Assembly (NCBI GenBank): GCA_040905765.1
Contig: JBBDQX010000007.1
Coordinates: 184-64,183 of the forward strand
Reading direction: 5' to 3'
DNA: 64,000 bases
From: Acetobacterales bacterium
Lineage (GTDB): Bacteria > Pseudomonadota > Alphaproteobacteria > JBBDQX01
Below, in pieces: positions 53,489 through 63,980 of the stretch; positions within the stretch are counted from its first letter, which is position 1, and each line of letters opens with the position of its first letter. The position numbers and the translations under genes are program-made. The notes beneath the pieces are model-generated. The model did no database searches and was not told where the DNA came from. It saw only the letters and a list, made by a program, of their open reading frames with translations.

Positions 53489-53518
53489 AGCCCTGACCTT
53501 GTGGTCGGGGCTTTTTTC
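53489..53518 (+). terminator. intrinsic terminator between the SAM-II aptamer and metZ (putative attenuator)
   Basis: Hairpin AGCCCUGACC-uugu-GGUCGGGGCU followed by UUUUUU, 24 nt before the metZ ATG. Confidence 0.55.
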
Positions 53519-53541
53519 GTTCGAGACGGAGTGACGGAGCG

Positions 53542-54744
53542 ATGGCGGACAGCGCGAAGAAGGGAAACGGCGATGCCTGGCGGGCGGCCACCCAACTGAT
53601 CCGGGGCGGCCTCGACCGCAGCCAGTTCGGGGAGACCTGCGAGGGCATCTTCATGACCTCGGGATACATCTACCCGACTGCGGAAGATGCCGAAGGCGCC
53701 TTCGCCGGAGAAGGCGAGCGGTTCATCTATTCGCGTTTTTCCAATCCGACCGTGGACATGTTCCAGAAGCGGATGGCCCTCCTCGAAGGCGCCGCGGGGG
53801 CGCGTGCTACCGCCACCGGGATGGCGGCGGTTTTCGCCGCGCTGATGTGTTTCCTGAAGGCAGGGGATCGGGTCGTCGCGTCGCGGGCGCTGTTCGGGTC
53901 CTGCCATTACATCTGTTCGACCCTGCTGCCGCGGTACGGCATCGAGAGCGAGTTCGTCGACGGCACCAACCTCGACGAATGGCAACGCGCGCTGTCGAAG
54001 CCGGCCGATGCAGTGTTCCTGGAGACGCCGTCGAATCCCACGCTCGCGCTGGTCGACCTCGCGGCCGTGTGCGACCTAGCGCACCGGGCGGGCGCGAAGG
54101 TCGTGGTCGACAACGTGTTCGCCACGCCGATCTACCAGAAGCCGATGCAGTTCGGCGTCGACGTCGTGATGTATTCCGCGACCAAGCACATCGACGGGCA
54201 GGGCCGTGCGCTCGGCGGCATGATATTGTGCGACGAGACCTTCCTCGAGGAACATCTCGTGCCGTTCATGCGTAATACCGGCCCGAGCATGAGCCCGTTC
54301 AATGCCTGGCTGCTGATGAAGGGACTGGAAACGCTGCCCATGCGCGTCGAGGCGATGACCGCCCGCGCGATCGACATCGCACAGTTCCTCAGCGGGCGGA
54401 ACGACGTCAGGAAAGTCCTGTACCCTTGGCTGCCGAGCCATCCGCAACACGACCTTGCGAAACGGCAGATGACCGGCGGCAGCACGCTGGTCAGCTTCGA
54501 GGTGCCCGGCGGCAAGGAAGCGGCGTTTCGCTTCCAGAACAGCCTGCGGCTGATCGACATCTCGAACAATCTCGGCGACGCGAAGAGCATCATCACCCAT
54601 CCCGCCACCACCACCCACCAGCGCATCGGCCCTGAGGAGCGTGCGAGGCTCGACATCTCGGACGGGTTGCTGCGGCTGTCGGTCGGACTGGAGGACGTAG
54701 AGGACCTTAAGGAAGATATCGCCCAAGCGCTGTCGCATCTTTAG
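53542..54744 (+). CDS. metZ: O-succinylhomoserine sulfhydrylase (Cys/Met metabolism PLP enzyme)
   Basis: PLP-lysine region (VMYSATKHIDGQG), MetZ family, SAM-II riboswitch upstream. Confidence 0.9.
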   Translation: MADSAKKGNGDAWRAATQLIRGGLDRSQFGETCEGIFMTSGYIYPTAEDAEGAFAGEGERFIYSRFSNPTVDMFQKRMALLEGAAGARATATGMAAVFAALMCFLKAGDRVVASRALFGSCHYICSTLLPRYGIESEFVDGTNLDEWQRALSKPADAVFLETPSNPTLALVDLAAVCDLAHRAGAKVVVDNVFATPIYQKPMQFGVDVVMYSATKHIDGQGRALGGMILCDETFLEEHLVPFMRNTGPSMSPFNAWLLMKGLETLPMRVEAMTARAIDIAQFLSGRNDVRKVLYPWLPSHPQHDLAKRQMTGGSTLVSFEVPGGKEAAFRFQNSLRLIDISNNLGDAKSIITHPATTTHQRIGPEERARLDISDGLLRLSVGLEDVEDLKEDIAQALSHL

Positions 54745-54852
54745 CGATGCTTGCACAGTCACTGGCGCAGGCCGGAAAACTCCCATATCCTGCGGGTTGG
54801 GAGTATCTGCCCGGCGTGCGGGCAGAAAGTCCAAGCTGGAGGATAGTAACGG

Positions 54853-55776
54853 ATGCAAGTCGTAAAGGTGTTTCCCGCCCTACTCGCCGTGGCGCTGCTG
54901 GGCGCATGCACGGGGAACCTGGAGAAGCTCAAGACCGCTTCGCCAAGCGGCGATATCACGGCGTTCAACAGGGCGCTCGGTAACGAGTACCAGGCACTGG
55001 CGGATTTCGAGGCCAACCGCATGCTGGACTGGCCCGATGCGGAACACTACGCCATCAAGACTCTCGCCGCCTGGAGCGGACAGGACGTCCAGCCGGACGA
55101 GCCGGCCTCGCGCTCCTTGCCGCAGAACCTGATCTCCGAGGCGCAGCAGGACAGGGAGATCCTCGTTGGCCTGCTGAACGAGGGTGACTGGCGCAGCAAG
55201 CGCCCGGAACTGTCCGCGAGGGCACAAGTCAAGTATGACTGCTGGCTGGAACAGCTCGAGGAAGGCTGGCAGACTGAACATATCGCCGCCTGCCGCCAGG
55301 ACTTCCTCGATGCCGTCGCGGAACTTCTGTCGGCGCGCGCATCCGCGCCCATGGCCCAGCCGGCACCGCAGCCCGCGCCGACGCAGGCGCCGGCCCCCGC
55401 GCCTGCGCCTGCGCCGCAGCCGATGAGCTTTACCGTTTACTTCGACTTCGACTCGGTCGACCTCAGCGCCGAGGCGCAGTCGGTGCTGCGCCGCGCCGCA
55501 CGCCATGCCGCGGAGCGTGACATCCTCGAGGTTTCCAAGGCGATGGGCGGACCGGGGATTTCCGTGGCCGGCCATACCGACCGGGCGGGCGCCAACAGCT
55601 ACAACCAGCAGCTTTCGGAGGTGCGGGCGAAGGTCGTGGAGGAGTTCCTCTACGAACTCGGCGTACCCGAGAAGACGGTCGGAGTTACCGCCAGAGGCGA
55701 AACCAACCCGGCGGTCGATACCGGCAACGGCGTGCGGGAACTCGCCAATCGCCGTGTGGTGATCACCGTCAACTGA
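54853..55776 (+). CDS. OmpA-family lipoprotein (novel N-terminal domain, PA-repeat linker, OmpA_C domain)
   Basis: Lipobox LLGAC. C-terminal peptidoglycan-binding motif (SVAGHTDRAGANSYNQQLSEVRA). Confidence 0.85.
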   Translation: MQVVKVFPALLAVALLGACTGNLEKLKTASPSGDITAFNRALGNEYQALADFEANRMLDWPDAEHYAIKTLAAWSGQDVQPDEPASRSLPQNLISEAQQDREILVGLLNEGDWRSKRPELSARAQVKYDCWLEQLEEGWQTEHIAACRQDFLDAVAELLSARASAPMAQPAPQPAPTQAPAPAPAPAPQPMSFTVYFDFDSVDLSAEAQSVLRRAARHAAERDILEVSKAMGGPGISVAGHTDRAGANSYNQQLSEVRAKVVEEFLYELGVPEKTVGVTARGETNPAVDTGNGVRELANRRVVITVN

Positions 55777-56000
55777 GCCCGTCCGGGCCGCGGTGCCTTC
55801 GGGACTGGTCCGCCCGGTACCGAACCGCGTAACAGGAAGCGGGGGGCGCGCCCCTTCTTGGTTGAAATACCGTGCCGCCGCCGGCACACGCCGGGCCGAA
55901 CGGATTGGAAATCATGGCTTATTCCCCTAACATCCCCCGATCCGTCGCTGGAGCGAGCGGACGTGGTGACGGAACGACGGAAACGACGGTGCCGGACGCC

Positions 56001-56393
56001 ATGTACACAGCCACGACCAAAGACATCAGCGTATCCGTGGAGCCGACCTACCTGGCGGACCAGTCCTCGCCGGACGACAACCATTTCGTCTGGGCATATC
56101 GGGTGCGCATCGAAAATGCAGGCTCCGAGACCGTACAGTTGAAGACACGGTACTGGCGCATCACCGATTCGCTGGGCCGGGTGCAGGAGGTTCGCGGGTC
56201 CGGCGTGGTCGGCGAACAGCCGGTGTTGAGCCCCGGCCAGGCATTCGAGTACACCAGCGGCACACCGCTTCCGACCCCCTCGGGGATCATGGTCGGCACC
56301 TACCAGGTAGAAACCCGACAGGGGACCCGTTTCGACGTCGAAATTCCCGCCTTCTCGCTCGACAGTCCGCACCAGGAAGTGCGCATCAACTGA
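56001..56393 (+). CDS. apaG: ApaG (DUF525) protein
   Basis: Family N-terminus [39 protein letters not shown]. Confidence 0.85.
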   Translation: MYTATTKDISVSVEPTYLADQSSPDDNHFVWAYRVRIENAGSETVQLKTRYWRITDSLGRVQEVRGSGVVGEQPVLSPGQAFEYTSGTPLPTPSGIMVGTYQVETRQGTRFDVEIPAFSLDSPHQEVRIN

Positions 56394-56433
56394 CTGCGCC
56401 GCGCCCGGCGGCAGACCGGACCATGCGACAGAT

Positions 56434-57093
56434 GTGCAGGAAAAGATGAACAAGGATCTCCCTCCCTCGCCGACGCCGTCGGCCGGCAGCGTTTCACCCT
56501 CCCGTCCGACCCGCGAGGAAGCTGAAGCCGCCGTCGAGACGCTGATCCGCTGGGCGGGAGACGATCCTTCGCGAGAGGGCCTCCGCGGTACGCCCGGGCG
56601 CGTCGTACGCGCCTATGAGGAGCATTTCGGCGGCTATTCCGAGGACCCGACGGAGGTCCTTCAGCGCACGTTCGACGAGACCGACGGCTACGACGAGATC
56701 GTGCTGCTGCGCGACATCCGCTTCGAGTCGCACTGCGAGCACCATATCGCGCCGATCATCGGGCGGGCCCATGTCGCCTATCTGCCGCACCGCCGCGTCG
56801 TCGGGATCAGCAAACTCGCCCGCGTGGTGGAGCTTTACGCGAAACGACTGCAAATCCAGGAAAAAATGACGGCGCAGATCGCCAACACGGTACAGCAAGT
56901 GCTGGAGCCGCAGGGCGTCGCCGTGGTGATCGAGGCAGCCCACCAGTGCATGACCACCCGCGGCGTGCACAAGCCCGGCGTGGTCATGGTCACCAGCCGC
57001 ATGCTGGGCGCGTTCCGCAACGATGCGACGACGCGGCGCGAATTCCTCGCCATGATAGGCAATCCGAAACCCGGCGAGATCTCCTTCGCCTAG
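56434..57093 (+). CDS. folE: GTP cyclohydrolase I
   Basis: Conserved FolE core ([12 protein letters not shown]..., [11 protein letters not shown]). Confidence 0.92.
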   Translation: MQEKMNKDLPPSPTPSAGSVSPSRPTREEAEAAVETLIRWAGDDPSREGLRGTPGRVVRAYEEHFGGYSEDPTEVLQRTFDETDGYDEIVLLRDIRFESHCEHHIAPIIGRAHVAYLPHRRVVGISKLARVVELYAKRLQIQEKMTAQIANTVQQVLEPQGVAVVIEAAHQCMTTRGVHKPGVVMVTSRMLGAFRNDATTRREFLAMIGNPKPGEISFA

Positions 57094-57186
57094 GCGCAGG
57101 CGGCGTCACGAGAGCCAAAATGCGTGGACTTCCGCCGGGGCCACGATGATCATGGCCGCCCCTAGCACTGCCTTGCGCTACATTCC

Positions 57187-58635
57187 GTGATCGATTTCCG
57201 GCCGATCTTCTTCGTCATCGGGCTGATGCTGGCGACGCTGGCACTGAGCATGACGGCACCCGCGGTGGTCGACCTGGTCCACGGCACGTCCGACTGGCAG
57301 GTGTTCGCCGCTGCCGCCGCCGTGACCATGTTCGTCGGGGTAGCCCTGGCCCTCACCTGCCGCGCCGACGAGTTCCGCTTCAACGTGCGCAGCGCCTTCG
57401 TGCTGACGACCATCAGCTGGCTGGCGATCGCGGTGTTCGCCGCGCTGCCTTTCGCCTTTTCAGACCTCGACCTCACCTTCACAGACGCCTTCTTCGAGGC
57501 GATGTCCGGCATCACGACGACCGGCGCCACGGTGATAACCGGGCTGGACAACAGCCCACCCGGAATCCTCCTGTGGCGCGCCATCCTGCAATGGCTGGGC
57601 GGTATCGGAATCATCGTCACGGCCATCGCGGTGCTGCCGTTCCTGAAGGTCGGCGGCATGCAGCTGTTCCGCATGGAGTCCTCCGACACCAGCGACAAGG
57701 CGATGCCGCGCGCCGCCCAGGTCGCCGGCAACATCACCATGATCTACGTCGCCCTGACGTTGCTGTGGGCCTTGATGCTGTGGGTTGCCGGCCTCTCGGC
57801 CTTCGATTCGATCGCACATGCAATGACCACCATCGCCACGGCCGGGTTCTCGACCCGCGACGCGTCGATCGCCGCGTTCCAGAACATCGCCGTGGAATGG
57901 ATCATCATTGCCGGGATGCTGATCGGCGGCCTGCCGTTCGTCCTCTACTTGCAAGCCATGCGCGGCAGCGCCGCGCAGCTTTTCAGGGACAGCCAGGTGC
58001 GCTGGTTCCTGATCATCGCCATCGGCACGTCGGCGATGATGTCCTGGTGGCACATCAGCACCAACGACGTCGGGCTCGAGCTCGGCGTGCGGCAGGCCTC
58101 GTTCAACATCATCTCCAACATGACGGGAACGGGCTACACCACCACCGGCTACGACCAGTGGGGCGGGTTCGCTATCACCGTCTTCCTGCTGCTGATGTTC
58201 GTGGGCGGCTGTGCCGGCTCGACCTCCTGCGGGATCAAGATCTTCCGCTTCCAGGTGCTCTACGCGCATACCGCCGTGCAGCTCCGCCACCTGCTGGTGC
58301 CGCACGGGGTGTTCATCCCCTACTTCAACCGCCGCCCCATACCGGAAGCGGTGTCGGAGTCCGTGCTGAGCTTCTTCTTCGTGTTCGCGCTGTCGTTCGT
58401 GGTGCTGGCGCTCGGCCTCGGCCTGACCGGGCTCGACTTCCTGACCTCCGTCTCCGCCGCGGCCACCGCGATCTCCAATGTCGGGCCGGGCCTCGGGGAG
58501 ATTGTCGGGCCTACCGGCAACTTCCAGCCGCTGCCGGATGCGGCCAAATGGATGCTGACCGCCGGAATGCTGCTCGGCAGGCTCGAAGTCTTCACCGTGC
58601 TGATCATGCTGACGCCGGCGTTCTGGCGCCGCTAA
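57187..58635 (+). CDS. trkH: Trk-type potassium uptake protein TrkH
   Basis: 482 aa TrkH/KtrB family with repeated M1-P-M2 pore motifs (TTTGATV, TGFST, TGTGYTT). Confidence 0.92.
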   Translation: MIDFRPIFFVIGLMLATLALSMTAPAVVDLVHGTSDWQVFAAAAAVTMFVGVALALTCRADEFRFNVRSAFVLTTISWLAIAVFAALPFAFSDLDLTFTDAFFEAMSGITTTGATVITGLDNSPPGILLWRAILQWLGGIGIIVTAIAVLPFLKVGGMQLFRMESSDTSDKAMPRAAQVAGNITMIYVALTLLWALMLWVAGLSAFDSIAHAMTTIATAGFSTRDASIAAFQNIAVEWIIIAGMLIGGLPFVLYLQAMRGSAAQLFRDSQVRWFLIIAIGTSAMMSWWHISTNDVGLELGVRQASFNIISNMTGTGYTTTGYDQWGGFAITVFLLLMFVGGCAGSTSCGIKIFRFQVLYAHTAVQLRHLLVPHGVFIPYFNRRPIPEAVSESVLSFFFVFALSFVVLALGLGLTGLDFLTSVSAAATAISNVGPGLGEIVGPTGNFQPLPDAAKWMLTAGMLLGRLEVFTVLIMLTPAFWRR

Positions 58636-58657
58636 CCGGACGCCGGTGTACGGCGGA

Positions 58658-59254
58658 CTACCCCCCGGAGCCGACCCGGTAGGGTGCGAGGTGACGCTGG
58701 GCCTGGCGCTCAAGTTCCGCGTTCAGATCCGCCATCAGCGATTCGACCAGTTCGAACTGCATGCGCTGGCGGTCGTTGAGCGAGGCATCTTCCCTGATGG
58801 CACGGACGCGGTTCGCCCGGGCTTCAACCTGAGCGAGCCGGCGGCCCGCAGGATCGATCACGTCCAGCGCCACGTCGAGCGTGGCTTCGTACCGCTCCGA
58901 CGGCTCGGTGGTGAAAAAGCCGGTCACTCCTGACTTGGTCTGCAATGGCTGACGCGTTACCGAGGCATCCAGCACGGTGAAGCGGGCCACGCCCCGGCTG
59001 CCCTCCGCGCGCAGGCGGTCTCGCGCCCAGTTCTCGGCGGCCCGAGCCGGCGATACCGGCAGCAGGTGCTCGACGTTCGGCTCGGTCATCGGCGGCTTGT
59101 ACGCCTGCACGATGTCGATCGAGGAGACGTCCAGACGGATCGGCGGCAGATGGTCGAAGCGAAGTTCCGGCAACCGGTTCGCCGGCGGCGTCGAGGTGCA
59201 GGCAGTCACGAGTGCTACCAGCACTACGGCTAGAAGAGGCAACATCCGGGTCAC
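58658..59254 (-). CDS. hypothetical lipoprotein
   Basis: Lipobox LVTAC. ATGA overlap with upstream hslO suggests co-transcription. Family not recognisable from sequence alone. Confidence 0.5.
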   Translation of the reverse strand: MTRMLPLLAVVLVALVTACTSTPPANRLPELRFDHLPPIRLDVSSIDIVQAYKPPMTEPNVEHLLPVSPARAAENWARDRLRAEGSRGVARFTVLDASVTRQPLQTKSGVTGFFTTEPSERYEATLDVALDVIDPAGRRLAQVEARANRVRAIREDASLNDRQRMQFELVESLMADLNAELERQAQRHLAPYRVGSGG

Positions 59255-60219
59255 GACAGCCTCCGTTCCTGGTTGTCCGATTCGTCGAGGTGGAGATCCG
59301 CATCCTCGAACTCGTAGGAGCGGCCGCAGAATTCGCAGGTGACGCTGTATCTGCCGTCGACCTTCATGTCCTCAAGCTCGCCGCGAGGGAAGCTGAGGAG
59401 CACGTTCTCGACCCGCTCGCGCGAGCACCGGCAACCAACCGACAGACCGCGGGCCTCCATCACCCGCAGCCCCTCCTCGTGGAACAGCCGGTGCAGCAGA
59501 TCCTCCTTCGGCAGATGCGGATCGAGCAGTTCCGCATCGCTGCAGCTGCCGAGAAGGATCACCGCACGCCGCCAGTCCTCATCGCGCTGCTCCAGCACGC
59601 TTTCGTCGCGCGTGTCCGCCGGCAGGCGCTCCAGCAACAGGCAGCCCGCGCGCCAGGCGGTCGAGCGGCCGTTCCCTTCCGGCCACGGACCGCGCCCGGC
59701 CGCGATCTTGATCGCGCAATCGAGCTGCTCCGAGGTGCGGAAGTAGGTGTGGGCGCACTCCGCCAGGCTGGAGCCCGAGAGATCGACGATACCCTGGTAG
59801 GAGGCGGCGCTGCCGCCGCGATCGACGGTGAACGCGATATGCCCCGCGCCAAGCAGGCGCGGCACCGGGAGACGTTCGGGCTCGCCGGCATCCGACAGCA
59901 CCTCGGCAAGCCGCCCGGAATCGAAGCGCGCATAGGCCCGCATCTCGCCGGTGTTGGTGACGTCGGTGAGCAGCATCTTCACCGGGCCGTCGCTGCGCGT
60001 CTGCACGCTGAACGTCCCGTCGAACTTCAATGTGCTCGCCAGCCCTGCGGTCAATGCCAACGCCTCGCCAAGCAAGGAGCACACCGGCGCCGGATAGTCG
60101 TGCCTCGAGACGATTTCGTCGGCCAAGCTGCCGAGGCAGATCATCCGACCGCGGATGTACCGGTCGAGGATATGGAAGGGCAGGATGAAGTCGCCGCCAA
60201 GCGGCGCGTAGCCAGTCAC
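59251..60219 (-). CDS. hslO: Hsp33 redox-regulated chaperone
   Basis: C-terminal zinc centre (CRCS...CEFCG). GTG start with GGAGAAA SD. The track start would overlap argF. Confidence 0.88.
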   Translation of the reverse strand: MTGYAPLGGDFILPFHILDRYIRGRMICLGSLADEIVSRHDYPAPVCSLLGEALALTAGLASTLKFDGTFSVQTRSDGPVKMLLTDVTNTGEMRAYARFDSGRLAEVLSDAGEPERLPVPRLLGAGHIAFTVDRGGSAASYQGIVDLSGSSLAECAHTYFRTSEQLDCAIKIAAGRGPWPEGNGRSTAWRAGCLLLERLPADTRDESVLEQRDEDWRRAVILLGSCSDAELLDPHLPKEDLLHRLFHEEGLRVMEARGLSVGCRCSRERVENVLLSFPRGELEDMKVDGRYSVTCEFCGRSYEFEDADLHLDESDNQERRLS

Positions 60220-60235
60220 TGCATTTCTCCGCCGA

Positions 60236-61186
60236 CTAGTCCGGCGTATCGATCCCGACTCCGAAGCACCAGGCGAGCACCCCTTTCTGGGCATGCAGCC
60301 GGTTCTCCGCCTCGTCCCAGACCGCGGACCGCGGCCCGTCGATGACCTCGTCCGTCACCTCCTCGCCACGATGGGCCGGAAGGCAATGCATGAAGATGGC
60401 GTTCTTTGCCGCCAATGCCATCAGCCGCGCATCGACGCGGTAGGGGGCAAGAAGATTGTGGCGATTCTCTGCTTCCTCGTCACCCATCGACACCCAGGTA
60501 TCGGTAACGACGCAGGCCGCGCCCGCCACCGCCTCCCGAGGATCGTGCGTGACGGATACGGCAGCCCCCTCGCCACGCGCCCAGTCCAGCAGATGCTGCG
60601 GCGGATTGAGCTTCGCCGGGCAGGCGAGGGAAAACTCGAAGCCGAAGCGGGCCGCGGCATGGATCCAGGTACGGGCGACATTGTTGCCGTCGCCGCTCCA
60701 GGCGACCCGCTGCCCCTCGATGGGGCCGGCCCATTCCTCGAACGTCATCACGTCCGCCATCAGCTGGCACGGATGGCTGTCATCCGTCAGGCCATTGATC
60801 ACCGGCACGCTCGCATGAGCGGCCAGTTCCGCCACCTTGTCGTGGCGGTCGGTGCGGATCATGATCGCGTCGACGTAGCGCGACAGCACCCGGGCCGTGT
60901 CGGCGACGGTCTCGCCCCTGCCCAGTTGCATCTCGCTCCCGGCCAGGAAAATCGTGGAGCCACCGAGCTGGCGCATCCCGACATCGAACGATACGCGCGT
61001 CCGGGTCGACGGCTTCTCGAAGATCATCGCCAGCGTCTTGCCCGCCAGTGGCTGGCGGTCGCCCAGCGCGCCGCCCTTGCAAGCCTTCGCGCGCGCCAGC
61101 ATGTCCCGCAAGGTAGCCCGATCATGGTCCTTGAGGTCGACGAAATGCCGAATCTCCGCCGCCGGCGCGGGATTGCGCTTCAGCAC
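60236..61186 (-). CDS. argF: ornithine carbamoyltransferase
   Basis: STRTR carbamoyl-phosphate motif plus HCLP. GTG start placed 8 nt after the argD stop. Confidence 0.9.
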   Translation of the reverse strand: MLKRNPAPAAEIRHFVDLKDHDRATLRDMLARAKACKGGALGDRQPLAGKTLAMIFEKPSTRTRVSFDVGMRQLGGSTIFLAGSEMQLGRGETVADTARVLSRYVDAIMIRTDRHDKVAELAAHASVPVINGLTDDSHPCQLMADVMTFEEWAGPIEGQRVAWSGDGNNVARTWIHAAARFGFEFSLACPAKLNPPQHLLDWARGEGAAVSVTHDPREAVAGAACVVTDTWVSMGDEEAENRHNLLAPYRVDARLMALAAKNAIFMHCLPAHRGEEVTDEVIDGPRSAVWDEAENRLHAQKGVLAWCFGVGIDTPD

Positions 61187-61193
61187 GGCACCC

Positions 61194-62369
61194 TCATCCC
61201 GTCGGCGCACAGCGTGCGGCCACTCTATCGAGCAGGGTGGCGGCCTCCTCGACCTGCGCATCCCCGATAATCAGCGGCGGCAGCAGCCGCACCACGTTGT
61301 CCCCGGCAGGGACCAGCAGCAGCCCTTCCTCCTGCGCCGCCGCGACGACCTCCGTGTTCGGCACCTCGCAGACCACGCCGAGCAGCAATCCGCTGCCGCG
61401 GACTTCCCTGAACACCGTGGGGTTCGCCTTGACGAGCGTCTCGACCCGGCTGCGCAGCTTCCTGGCGATAGCGGCGACGCCGTCCAGGAATCCGTCCGCC
61501 AGCACGACGTCCAGCACGGCGTTCGACACTGCGGAGGCAAGAGGGTTTCCGCCGAAGGTACTGCCGTGGCTGCCGGCGGTCATGTGCCGGCCGACCGCCT
61601 CCGTGGTCAGGACGGCCCCCATCGGAAAGCCGCCGGCGATACCCTTGGCGACCGCCATGACGTCGGGCGTCACGCCGCTCCACTGGTGGGCGAACAGCCT
61701 GCCGGTCCGGCCCATGCCGGTCTGTACCTCGTCGACCATCATCAGCAGGCCGTATTCGTCCGCCACGGCGCGGATGCCGCGCAGGAAGTCGGCATCGGCG
61801 ACGCGTACGCCGCCCTCACCCTGCACCGGCTCGACCAGGATGCCGGCGGTTTCGGCGGTGATGGCGTTACGCAACTCGTTCAGGTTGCCGAAGGCGACCT
61901 GATCGAAGCCGTCGACCTGCGGGCCGAAGCCCTTGAGGTGCTTCTCCTGCTTGCCGGCCGAAATGGTCGCCAGCGTGCGGCCGTGAAAGGCGCCCTGGAA
62001 GGTGATGGTCCTGTAGCGCTCCGGATGGCCCGTCTCGGCGTGGTAGCGGCGCACCATCTTCAGGCCGCCCTCTACCGCCTCCGCCCCCGAGTTGCAGAAG
62101 AACGCCATGTCCGCAAAACAGGCACCGGTCAGACGCTCGCCGGCACGCTCCTGCTCCGGGATCCGGAACAGGTTCGAGACGTGCCAGGGCTTGTCCGCCT
62201 GTGATCGCAGCGTCTCGACGAGGTGCGGGTGCGCGTGACCAAGTGCGGTCACGGCGATGCCGGAGGCGAAATCGAGGAACCGCCTTCCGTCGCTGGAGAA
62301 CAGATACGCGCCCTCGCCTCTTTCGAATGCGAGTTTGGGCGCGCCGTAGGTGGGCATCAGCGCCGACAT
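61194..62369 (-). CDS. argD: acetylornithine aminotransferase
   Basis: Class III aminotransferase with PLP-lysine region ([11 protein letters not shown]). Start [11 protein letters not shown]. Confidence 0.9.
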   Translation of the reverse strand: MSALMPTYGAPKLAFERGEGAYLFSSDGRRFLDFASGIAVTALGHAHPHLVETLRSQADKPWHVSNLFRIPEQERAGERLTGACFADMAFFCNSGAEAVEGGLKMVRRYHAETGHPERYRTITFQGAFHGRTLATISAGKQEKHLKGFGPQVDGFDQVAFGNLNELRNAITAETAGILVEPVQGEGGVRVADADFLRGIRAVADEYGLLMMVDEVQTGMGRTGRLFAHQWSGVTPDVMAVAKGIAGGFPMGAVLTTEAVGRHMTAGSHGSTFGGNPLASAVSNAVLDVVLADGFLDGVAAIARKLRSRVETLVKANPTVFREVRGSGLLLGVVCEVPNTEVVAAAQEEGLLLVPAGDNVVRLLPPLIIGDAQVEEAATLLDRVAARCAPTG

Positions 62370-62450
62370 GACGGCCGCTCCGATCCTGCTTCGTCGGAAA
62401 AGGGCGCGAGTATCGGCGGGCCTCGCCCGGCAGTCAACGCCCGCGGACAC

Positions 62451-63290
62451 CTACGTCTTAAGCTTGTACCCGCTCGCCAGCATCCGGCTCGCTACGAACC
62501 AGAGGACGGCATTGCATGCCACGATGACGGCGGCACCGAGCACCGGCGGGGTGTCGGCGACGCCGAGGAAGCCGTAGCGCAGCCCGTCGATCATGTAGAA
62601 GAACGGATTGGCGTGGGCCACCGCATGCCAGAAGCCGGGCAGCCGGTCAATCGAGTAGAACGTGCCGGAGAGGAACGCCAGCGGCGTGATGACGAAGTTA
62701 GTGATGGCCTGCGCATGGTCGAACTTGTCAGCCCAGATGCCCGTGATCAGTCCGATCTGCGCGAGCATCAGCGCGGCACCGACGGCGAAGAACAGCACCG
62801 CAACCGGGTCGTGCAGTCCGACCGGAACGAAGACGTACATCGCCGCGGCCACCGCCACGCCGGTCATCAGTCCCCGGGTCGCGCCGCCGCCTGCTATTCC
62901 GAGGGCCAGTTCCGTCGCGCTGAGGGGCGGCATAAGGACATCTACGATGTTGCCCTGGATCTTGGCGATGACCAGCGAACTCGACGTGTTGGCGAAGGAG
63001 TTCTGGGCGATCGCCATCATCACCAGCCCCGGCATCAGGAAATGGGCGAAAGGCACGCCGTTCACGACCTCCACCGCCCGGCCCAGCGCGAGCGTGAACA
63101 CCGCCAGGAACAACAGGGTCGTGACGATCGGCGCGAACAGCGTCTGCATGTAGATCTTGAGGTAGCGCCGCACCTCCCGGGCATACAGCGTCCACAGGCC
63201 GATCCAGTTGACGCGGCCTATGGGGCGCGGCGCGGCCGCTCGTCCGGCTTCGCTGCGGGAAGTCTCTGGCGTCGTGTCCGGTCCGGGCAT
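62451..63290 (-). CDS. ABC-2 family transporter permease (YadH/NodJ-like), no adjacent ATPase
   Basis: 279 aa with 6 TM helices and the ABC-2 signature region. Confidence 0.78.
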   Translation of the reverse strand: MPGPDTTPETSRSEAGRAAAPRPIGRVNWIGLWTLYAREVRRYLKIYMQTLFAPIVTTLLFLAVFTLALGRAVEVVNGVPFAHFLMPGLVMMAIAQNSFANTSSSLVIAKIQGNIVDVLMPPLSATELALGIAGGGATRGLMTGVAVAAAMYVFVPVGLHDPVAVLFFAVGAALMLAQIGLITGIWADKFDHAQAITNFVITPLAFLSGTFYSIDRLPGFWHAVAHANPFFYMIDGLRYGFLGVADTPPVLGAAVIVACNAVLWFVASRMLASGYKLKT

Positions 63291-63368
63291 ATCTCGATTA
63301 TGGATGCCTTACCGGCAGGGACAAGGTGCAGGCCTTTACCGGAGGCCGCACGAGGGTAGTCTGGCGCA

Positions 63369-63980
63369 ATGCACGACAGCGAGAGCACGTCGCCGAGCGG
63401 CCGGGAACGCCGCCCCCCGAAGAAGGCGACCGAGAGGTACCTCGACAACGCGGCGCGATGGTATCTCGACCGCTACGGCGGGACTTGCGAAGGGCTCCGT
63501 CGTGCATTGATGCGGCGGGTGCGCCGCTCGCAGCAGGCGCATGATACCGATCCCGAGGAAGGGCGCGCGGCCGTCGAGCGGATCATCTCCCGATTCCTGG
63601 CCGCCGGGCTGCTCGACGACAGCGCCTATGCCCGTGGCAAGGCGAATGCCCTCCGCGGCCGGGGTGATTCGGGGCGGCAGATCGCCGCCAAGCTGCGTGC
63701 CAAGGGCGTCGATCCCGATGCCATACAAATGGCCGTGCGGAACGCCGACGCCGACAATCCCCTGCCCGAGCTGCGCGCGGCGGCCCGCGCGGCCCAGCGA
63801 CGACGGCTTGGCCCGTGGCGCGATCCGCGCCGCCGGGCCGAACGCCGCGAGCGCGACCTCGCGGCGCTGGCGCGGCAGGGCTTCGCGTTCCACGTCGCGC
63901 GTGCGGTCATCGACGCGTCGTCCCCCGAGGCGCTGGAAACCGAGATCCGGGAGCGCGAAGCGGAAGCCTGCGACGGCTAG
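63369..63980 (+). CDS. recX: RecX family regulatory protein
   Basis: 203 aa helical-repeat protein with RecX-like repeats (YLDNAARWYLDRY...). Confidence 0.82.
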   Translation: MHDSESTSPSGRERRPPKKATERYLDNAARWYLDRYGGTCEGLRRALMRRVRRSQQAHDTDPEEGRAAVERIISRFLAAGLLDDSAYARGKANALRGRGDSGRQIAAKLRAKGVDPDAIQMAVRNADADNPLPELRAAARAAQRRRLGPWRDPRRRAERRERDLAALARQGFAFHVARAVIDASSPEALETEIREREAEACDG

